A DNA stretch of 62,048 nucleotides, counting the filler, from Vannella sp. (Eukaryota), in NCBI GenBank assembly GCA_023345925.1. It is 5 parts of 5 records of this genome, joined end to end, with 100 filler letters (N's around TTAATTAATTAA, not from the genome) between each part and the next. Parts side by side here need not be neighbours in the genome. Positions count along the whole stretch, not along the records: positions 51,581 to 62,048 come from JAJQQN010000342.1; 4 more parts are not named here. One strand, written 5' to 3'. Of the stretch, positions 55,172 through 62,048 are shown piece after piece (within the stretch, counting starts at the first letter, position 1; the number at the start of each line of letters is the position of its first letter). Below the pieces are notes generated by a model. That model was given only the letters and a program-made list of their open reading frames with translations. It was not told the origin of the DNA and made no database searches. Position numbers and translations under genes: made by a program.

Positions 55172-56766
55172 ATGCCAAAGGGCGGTACGGCCTCGAAGTC
55201 CCTTCCGAAGGGGAAGAAGGGCGAAGAGAAGCCCTCTTCGGGGCTTGGGATGATGATTTGGATTCCTTTGTTGGGTTTGATTGCGGCGTTGGTTGCGGCT
55301 GGTAAGCTCTCTTTTGGGGACAACACGGTGCTGACGCCCGCCAGGTCTCAACAGCGACAAGTTGAGTTCGAGTTTGTTGAATCTTAGTGCCCCTGTAGAG
55401 GAGGAGTATGACCCTGTACCTGCCTTTCTTGCCTGGGCAGAGGAAAGGAACATCACCACCCACATGACCTTGAAGAAGTATGGACACGCCAACTACGGAG
55501 GTGTTGCGAAGCACTTTATTCCGGTTTGTCTCTCCGTTTTCTCTTTCAGTCGATGAAGCTGACTAAGGGACGTCAGGCGGGCGAACCATTGCTGAAGGTT
55601 CCTCGTGAAGCGCTCATCAGTAACGAGAGGGCGAGGAATGAAACATTCCTGAAGGAAGTTGAGGTGTGTTAGACCTTAATTAACCATTTGGAGCTCACCT
55701 GACACGTTGGTTAAGGATTGGAGCGGAAACGAAAGGAATGGACCTCTTCTCGTCTATCTGATGCACGAAATGCACAATCCCGAGTCACCTATCAAGCCTT
55801 ACTTGGATATGCTTCCCAGAGACTTCTCTAACCACCCTCTTATGTGGAGTAACGAGCTCCTGGAACTCACCAAAGGCACTGGAGTCGACATTCGAGTGAA
55901 TCAGTCACGCCAGAGCTTGATTGCTGTCCACAAATACTTCACAGATACGATCGTTTCAAAGTTCCCTGATCGCTTCCCGTCCTTCACCTTGGATGACTTC
56001 ACTTGGGTCCATTTGGTGATCCAAACGCGCACTTGGTCGATCCGGACTGAGGGAGGTATCCAAGACATCATCTTGGTCCCTTGGGCTGACATGCTTAACC
56101 ACCAACCCGGTGGTTCTCTTGGAAGCCTGGTCGAGTTCTCTTACTTCCAGATTCCTGCCAAAGACAACTACACCACTGGGGAACAGGTTTTCGATTGCTA
56201 CGGACCCAAGTCAAACTTGGAACTGCTTATGGGCTATGGCTTCACTCTTGAGACGAATCCAGATGACTTTACTGAGCTGAGTATCAGTCTAACTCCTGCC
56301 AGCGGCACGTGAGTATTCCCTTCTTAACGGAATCCTGTTCTGAGTGCGAATGGGTCTGATGTACTGTTACAGAGAGCCAATCACTGGAAGATATGCGTTG
56401 AAGTTGAACACTGTTGCTGAAGCCTTCATGAAAAGTATTCGCACAGCTTACTTGACCGCAGAGCAGTTGGCTGACGAAGAGGTGATGAAGAAGATCGAGC
56501 TGGGAGAGGCCATTTCCTTCCAGAATGAGCGTCAGGCAGTCCACACGGCGATTAAAGCGGTAACTCGCGCCTACGAAAGCTCTGGAAGCACAATTGCTTC
56601 TGATTTGAAGCACCTTGCGAAGGAGGGGATTTCCTTCAACGAGCGCAATATCTTCAACCTCCGAAAGTCTCAAAAGGATGTTCTTCGCAACGCTCAGCGA
56701 GTGATCAAACAGCAATGGGAGCGCCAACTGCTTGCTCGCGAGCTTCCTGGTGGCTTGAAGTTCTAA
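55172..56766 (+). CDS. Membrane-anchored SET/LSMT methyltransferase, copy 2; spliced
   Basis: MPKGG..KGKK..WIPLLGLIAALVAA; LVPWADMLNH; CYGPKSNLELLMGYGF; ends RELPGGLKF. Confidence 0.87.
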
Positions 56767-57279
56767 GCCCAACGCGATGCGGATAAACCCATCTTCGTAG
56801 CTTCCTCCATGATCACGACTTGGTCTGGCGTTGAAGGAGAGTCAAGGAAAGATGTTTGGAAGGACCAGAAGAGATCGCCCAGTGAGCGTTCTTCGGGGTC
56901 TCTCCTTGTCGCTTTCGCGGCATTAATCTACTCGGACTTAGGATCTTCATGGAACCGTCGTTCAGACGTCCGTGAAGGGCTTTTATCCGTGATTCAGGTG
57001 CAGAAGGTCGCCTTGTTTCACTCGAGACTCCTTCGCACGACCATCCTCATTGTGGGATTCTCTGCAGGCTGTTGAAATGTCCCCCCAGATTGCACACAAC
57101 ACGCAACCAACGATGCAGAGTCTTATTTGGGGAGGACCTCCATCAATGGCCACCCAAAACGGGACTATTCGTAAGGTTGGAAGAAGAAATGGAATCCTTC
57201 CGCCAATGTCTGTGAAAAGCAATATTTTAGACTAGAGTTGCAAAGTAATGATCTGTGAGAGGGTCATTCGCTCTTTGTC

Positions 57280-58805
57280 ATGGCGAAGGAGAAGAAGGCG
57301 AAGCCGTCGCGCACTGCGGCACCTTCCAGTCTCAACCTTGGTGCTTTATTTAAGACGGCATTGGTGGTAGCGTTGGTAGCAGGAAGCGTGGCTGCTGCTT
57401 GTAAGTGAACCCCGCTCGAAGATGAAGGGTGTCCCTTACTCGAAAAAGACAACTTTTGGCCTCAGGGAGACCCTTTACCCATCTTCCTTCGCTGGGTAGA
57501 GGCCAACAAGATCAAGACTCAGTGTGACATCACTGACTTTGGTGGTAGAATGGGCCGCGGCTTGGTTTCTCGTCGTGTCCTTGTGGTACGCCCACCGCCT
57601 CTTCCTGATTTCTTGCTCACCTCCTTCCCAGACCGGCGAGGTGGCTGCATCTGTTCCAGTCTCTCTTTGTATGACAGAAGCAAAGTTGCAGGCGGAGCGA
57701 TCTATCTCTCGCATCAAGACCTGGCCCAAACAACTTACACTGGAACAGTTCGCGGTCTGGGCGCTTCATGAGAAGGGCCGATCTGGTTCTCCTTACAAGG
57801 CGTATCTTAACATCCTCCCAACTGACTTCTCTTGGCACACTCTCCTGTGGAACGCGACGGACTTGGACGAAGTTATCGGAACGGGCGTTGATTCTCACAG
57901 CCGCAACACGAACCTCCTCTTGGAACGTACGTACGAGTACCTCAAGGGATTTCTGAACCGTGTAAGTCCCACTCCTCCGCGTTGTCTCAGTCTCTCACGC
58001 CATGCAGCGATCCTACGACGAGTACGTTTGGGCCTTCATCGCAATGGAGACACACGCTCTCCCTTGGCCTGGTGGCAAGAAAGATGAAAAGGCAGTCATC
58101 CCTTACCTGGACCTCTTCAACCACGATGCCACCAGCCCGAACTTCCTCCGATTGAGCTCTGATGGATCTCGGGTGGAGGTTGTCCTTGGTCGGGACCACG
58201 TGAAGGGAGAGCAGATCTTCTTAAACTATGGCTGCCTCTCCAACTATGAGTTGGCAACGACTATGGGCTTCATTGCGGAGACCAATCCTTGCGATAACGT
58301 CAACTTGAAGGTGAATTTGCCTCCCAATCCCGTCCTTCAAGGTGTCGTCGAGGAGTTGCCCGCTGGGGAAGAGTGAGTCTGACTATTTGGTCTCCAGGAG
58401 TACTAACGAAGGGGATTCAGTCCTTCAAACCGCCTCTTCAAGTTGCAGAAAGACGTTTATCCTCTTGGGTTGATCAGCGCTTTCCGCTTGAACATGGCCG
58501 TCGCTTCCGAAGCGAGCAATGCACACCGAGCTCTTGAGGGCATGGCCATCTCTCCCGACAACGAAAGGAAAGTGTACCGATCCGCCATTCAAGGAATCGA
58601 AACGGTTCAGGATGGGTACATCTCCACCCTCACTCAGGACACTGAACTGCTGGCCAAGTCCGATGAATTGAGCTCTAACATGCAGCTGTCCGTCTCCCTT
58701 CGCAAGAAATCAAAGGAGATCATCGCCAACGTGTTATTGACCCTCATGAAGCAATGGGAGTCGAATCTCATCAACCGCGAGCTCCCAGGAGAACTGAAAT
58801 TCTAA
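57280..58805 (+). CDS. Membrane-anchored SET/LSMT methyltransferase, copy 3; spliced
   Basis: MAKEKKAK..ALVVALVAGSVAAA; GRGLV; SPYKAYLNILP; IPYLDLFNH; NYGCLSN; ends RELPGELKF. Confidence 0.87.
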
Positions 58806-58926
58806 GTGCCGACCTGTCACACTCATACAAGGATGTCAAACCGTCTCGTCATGGCCCTGATGGATGGCGGGAAAAGCGGGAAAAAGCGAAAAAAGCCGTT
58901 GGAAAGATTTCGCGCCATTTCTTGGG

Positions 58927-61338
58927 ATGAGCGCGAGCGCTTCGACGTTGCCGTCCTTGGACGCTTTGAAAGGATTCAAACGTGCGAGGTTGCAGAAGCT
59001 ATGCAGGCAGTACGACCTTCGAGCGACGGGGAAGAATGCAGAGATTGTTTTGCGGTTGCATCAGCACTTTGAGGACATGCAAGATGACGAGGCTTCGACG
59101 AGCAGTGTCCGTTCACGTCGCTTTAGCGCTCCCTCTCGTGAAGCTTCGCCATTCCCTTCGCCGGCTCTCCCAAAGAGGCGCATCTCGTCATCCCGCCATT
59201 CTGTGGCGTCCTCAGGCTCTCAGTCTGACTTGAACGTCCTCCTTTCCTCTGTAGAGGAGTCGAGTGAGCGTCCTCGGACTCCTTTAGCCCGCTCTGCGCG
59301 TCCTTCCTCTCTCACTCTCTCGAGCAACGATCAGACGCCTCGGCGTCCAGCTCCTTCCCGCGCTACCCCTTCTCGCAGCTCCCCTCTTTCGACTCAGTCG
59401 CTTCGGTCTCCCAAAAGAGCGAGATCCAGCCTTCAGCAAGTCCAACCTCCTTCACCTCGTCGACGTAGCTCGCGTGTGCAGCCGATTGCTGTCTCTCATG
59501 ATCTCCGAGGCTTACTTGATGATGACCATGTGATGGATGAAGAGACAGAGACAGGCTCCTTCTCTCTAAGCCAGTACGACATCACGCCCGTGACCGTTGT
59601 CATCGAAGAGAGCTTCTCGGTCGGTCCCATGGGGCGAGAGCAATCCCATCGCGATGAATCAAGTAGCTCCGTCTCCTCACCTTCTCTCAGCGGCGGGGAG
59701 TCATCCTTGAGCGAGCAACAGATAACGATTACGAGTGAGGCGCAACGGATGCTGCTCGCCATGCAACAGGAGGACAGTGATGAGGACAGTGAGGTGTTTA
59801 GCCCAGTACAAGTCTCTATCGAGCCTCTCCAACCCGTCTCTCACCAGAAACAAAGCTTTACTCTCATGGACGTCTCCATCCGCCCTCCTTCTTCTCCTGC
59901 TGGCCCTCCAGCAACGCCAAACCATCCCCCAAAAGCTTCACAGAGGACTAAGAGAGCACCTGCAACCCCAGCACTGAGCACGTACCCACCTGATGAGCGA
60001 GCGCGAGTCCTGGTGGAGGCGTTGGAGGTCTCATTGTATGGAGCCTCTCATGCATCGATGAGTGAAGACGACAACCACTCTGACCAGCTCAGCCTCGTCG
60101 AATCGGACGAGGAATCGACAGCAATCGTGTCTCCAGCCCCGCGCCTTGCTCTCATTCCACGCCGCTCTGGGAGAGGCTCGACTGTTCAGGCTCTTCTTCA
60201 TACTCCTGTTGTTCGTCGTCGTTCTTCAGCCGGACGGCGGCCACGGATATCGTCCGTTCTTCCCGCACCAGACACTTTCGTTGAAGGTGCTTTGTCCTTG
60301 AGTAATACAACGTCGTCGCGTGATGGTGTTGATGTCAGCACTCCTTTAGCTGCGCCCAGACCTCCTTCAAGGCGCAGTCAAGCGTGCGCTCCAGTGACAG
60401 TCGAGATCGAACAGTTCTCGATGAAGCCGCCAGCCAAAGCCACTCCCACAGTAGATCTCTCCCTCTATCAGCTCACTCCCTTTACAATCCAAGGAGACGT
60501 GGAGTTACTCTCCATTCCTGCACAGAAAAAGCCAACGCGGCAAAGTTCAGTCCGGAAATCTTCCGTTCTTGCCGTTTCAAAAGACAAGTCTCCTGTCCAA
60601 CAGAAACAGGGCAAGTCGCCTATCAAACAGAAGCAGGGCAAGTCGCCTGTCAAAGGGGACAAGTCACCTTTGAAGCAGAAAGGGGACAAGTCACCGGTCA
60701 AAGGGAAGCCTGCAGTTGCATCTGTGCGAACGCTGAGAGCCCCGGTAGCTTCCTTGACGAAGCCTGACTTACCAGTAACTTCAGTTCTTGGCAAACGCAA
60801 AGCTCCGCCTCGTGACGAGTCAGCAAACAAGCGAGCCAAGACAACGAATGGAGTTCAACCTGTTGTATCTAAACCACCTGCACCCCGCAGAGCTGCAGCA
60901 CCATCCCAAGAGATGACGAAAGAGGCCAGGACAAAGAATGATAAACCTGCCCCTGCCCGCCGTGCCGGAATGCCAAACTTCCAGGCCATCCACAAAAAGG
61001 CCTTCGACAAGCTCACTCCCATAAGCGCCCCAAAGGCCAAGGTTGCCCCTCCCCAGGCATCCAGTCGCTCCGCTCCATCAATCCCTGCCAACTTAGCCGG
61101 ACTTGTCCGGCAGAAGGCCAAGCAAACAGAGGAACAGGCCGCTCTCCGTTCCTCTACACTGAATCGATTGAGTACTACCTTCTCGGCTTCTAGACCAGGA
61201 AAGGTCTCCATTCTTCATAGAGCAGCGCCTCGCCAAGACACAAGCAAGAAAGGGTTTAACTTGAAAGAGTCCCTCATCAAACCCCTCGCCTATCAGCCCA
61301 AGAAGGGGCCCCTCCTCTCCCGAAAGGGCCCCGTGTAA
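58927..61338 (+). CDS. NUSAP1: NUSAP1-like spindle/chromatin protein (SAP domain, disordered middle, NuSAP C-terminal motifs); upstream ATG at 58864 possible
   Basis: SAP-like LKGFKRARLQKLCRQYDLRATGKNAEIVLRL; PNFQAIHKKAFDKL; FNLKESLIKPLAYQPKKGPL. Confidence 0.72.
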   Translation: MSASASTLPSLDALKGFKRARLQKLCRQYDLRATGKNAEIVLRLHQHFEDMQDDEASTSSVRSRRFSAPSREASPFPSPALPKRRISSSRHSVASSGSQSDLNVLLSSVEESSERPRTPLARSARPSSLTLSSNDQTPRRPAPSRATPSRSSPLSTQSLRSPKRARSSLQQVQPPSPRRRSSRVQPIAVSHDLRGLLDDDHVMDEETETGSFSLSQYDITPVTVVIEESFSVGPMGREQSHRDESSSSVSSPSLSGGESSLSEQQITITSEAQRMLLAMQQEDSDEDSEVFSPVQVSIEPLQPVSHQKQSFTLMDVSIRPPSSPAGPPATPNHPPKASQRTKRAPATPALSTYPPDERARVLVEALEVSLYGASHASMSEDDNHSDQLSLVESDEESTAIVSPAPRLALIPRRSGRGSTVQALLHTPVVRRRSSAGRRPRISSVLPAPDTFVEGALSLSNTTSSRDGVDVSTPLAAPRPPSRRSQACAPVTVEIEQFSMKPPAKATPTVDLSLYQLTPFTIQGDVELLSIPAQKKPTRQSSVRKSSVLAVSKDKSPVQQKQGKSPIKQKQGKSPVKGDKSPLKQKGDKSPVKGKPAVASVRTLRAPVASLTKPDLPVTSVLGKRKAPPRDESANKRAKTTNGVQPVVSKPPAPRRAAAPSQEMTKEARTKNDKPAPARRAGMPNFQAIHKKAFDKLTPISAPKAKVAPPQASSRSAPSIPANLAGLVRQKAKQTEEQAALRSSTLNRLSTTFSASRPGKVSILHRAAPRQDTSKKGFNLKESLIKPLAYQPKKGPLLSRKGPV

Positions 61339-61494
61339 ACCAATTCAATACAGCGAGAAGATATCTTTGTACTGGTCCATCCTTCCACTCGCCAGTCCCC
61401 ACTCGCACATGTTACTAGACCTTCAAAAAAGGGCCCAAAATCGATGCTGAGTGGGTGGAATCGGATTTTTATTTGTTTTTAGGTTTTCAACTTT

Positions 61495-62048
61495 ATGAGT
61501 CAGGGAGCGATCAGCGCTCATGGGCTCATTTTATTGTCGGACGGGCCTGCGGGGAGGATGGCTGCTTTTGGAGAGGAGAAGCAGATTTGGTTCCTTGATG
61601 TGTCAACGTACAAAGGCCCGAAGCGGGAGAGTGTGGATGGCGATGGGATAGTGATGGATCCGTTCCGTTTGCAGAAGGAGGATTGCTTGCGTCGCGCGCT
61701 GGATACTGTGGCGACTCTGCTCAGTCAATTGGCGTGTCTTTCTATCAGTCCTAGTCACCCCTTTACTCTTCCCGTCTATGCCAGGAAGAAGAATACGGCC
61801 CCACTCACTACTCCAGAGGAGCTCATGGCCCACCACAGTTGCCACGACCTCTCTTCTCTCTTCCACTACTTCCAAAGCCATCCAAACATCCTCCCTTTGG
61901 AGGTACCTACGTGGCAGATGTGGCGCAAGGAGATAGTCGGTTCCATACGCAATGAATTGGCTCACAGAAGGGCGGACGAGCAAGTGTTCTCTTCCCAAGA
62001 GGTTCTGAAGCACCTCAGACAGATCCAGGCGTTCTCCATGTCTGTTCG
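61495..62048 (+). CDS. HEPN (Swt1-like) domain ORF, open at the window end
   Basis: Stop-free frame from ATG 61495 (second ATG 61558): ...HDLSSLFHYF...W..EIVGSIRNELAHRRADEQVFSSQEVLKHLRQI. Confidence 0.65.
   Translation, partial: MSQGAISAHGLILLSDGPAGRMAAFGEEKQIWFLDVSTYKGPKRESVDGDGIVMDPFRLQKEDCLRRALDTVATLLSQLACLSISPSHPFTLPVYARKKNTAPLTTPEELMAHHSCHDLSSLFHYFQSHPNILPLEVPTWQMWRKEIVGSIRNELAHRRADEQVFSSQEVLKHLRQIQAFSMSV

Noticed and set aside
56809..57235. Short ORFs between SET copies 2 and 3, one with a charged-then-hydrophobic start
   Set aside because: No SET motifs or clear similarity, so a fourth paralog relic is unsupported
61603..62013. 136-aa minus-strand ORF
   Set aside because: Probable shadow of the + strand HEPN-motif frame
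1..62048. Alternative genetic code or frameshifting to explain broken ORFs
   Set aside because: The breaks traced resolve as short GT-AG introns, and TAA, TAG and TGA all end genes; no tRNA, rRNA or transposase was recognised

Overview
Gene-dense eukaryotic (protist-like, possibly amoebozoan) DNA made of five contig pieces (1-12226, 12327-30899, 31000-41294, 41395-51480, 51581-62048). They are joined by artificial 100-nt N/TTAATTAATTAA/N spacers, so linkage across spacers is not biological evidence. Genes have very short GT-AG introns (about 44-64 nt where traced) and very short intergenic gaps. Recognisable genes: membrane-tethered bZIP, strawberry notch, RhoGEF, a secreted bacterial-type debranching glycosidase, two tandem Zn2Cys6 factors, SEL1L/Hrd3, an MTA/SAH-deaminase-like amidohydrolase, Sec5, eIF4G, ArfGAP-PH, GPR137-like, PX-LRR, ACAP, RCC1-repeat, a ~2960-aa GAIN/GPS single-pass surface protein, an SH3-RPEL-DEP-DUF547 protein, three tandem membrane-anchored SET methyltransferases and a NUSAP1-like protein. 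Most notable: (1) an adenylate-kinase-like P-loop domain fused to an mRNA guanylyltransferase, the architecture of the trypanosome re-capping enzyme; (2) three SET/LSMT methyltransferases with predicted luminal topology; (3) two genes not captured intact by the ORF track, a six-exon 2H/LigT-fold protein lacking its catalytic motifs and a HEPN (RNxxAH) ORF running off the window end. All family calls come from motif recognition by eye; no database search was run.
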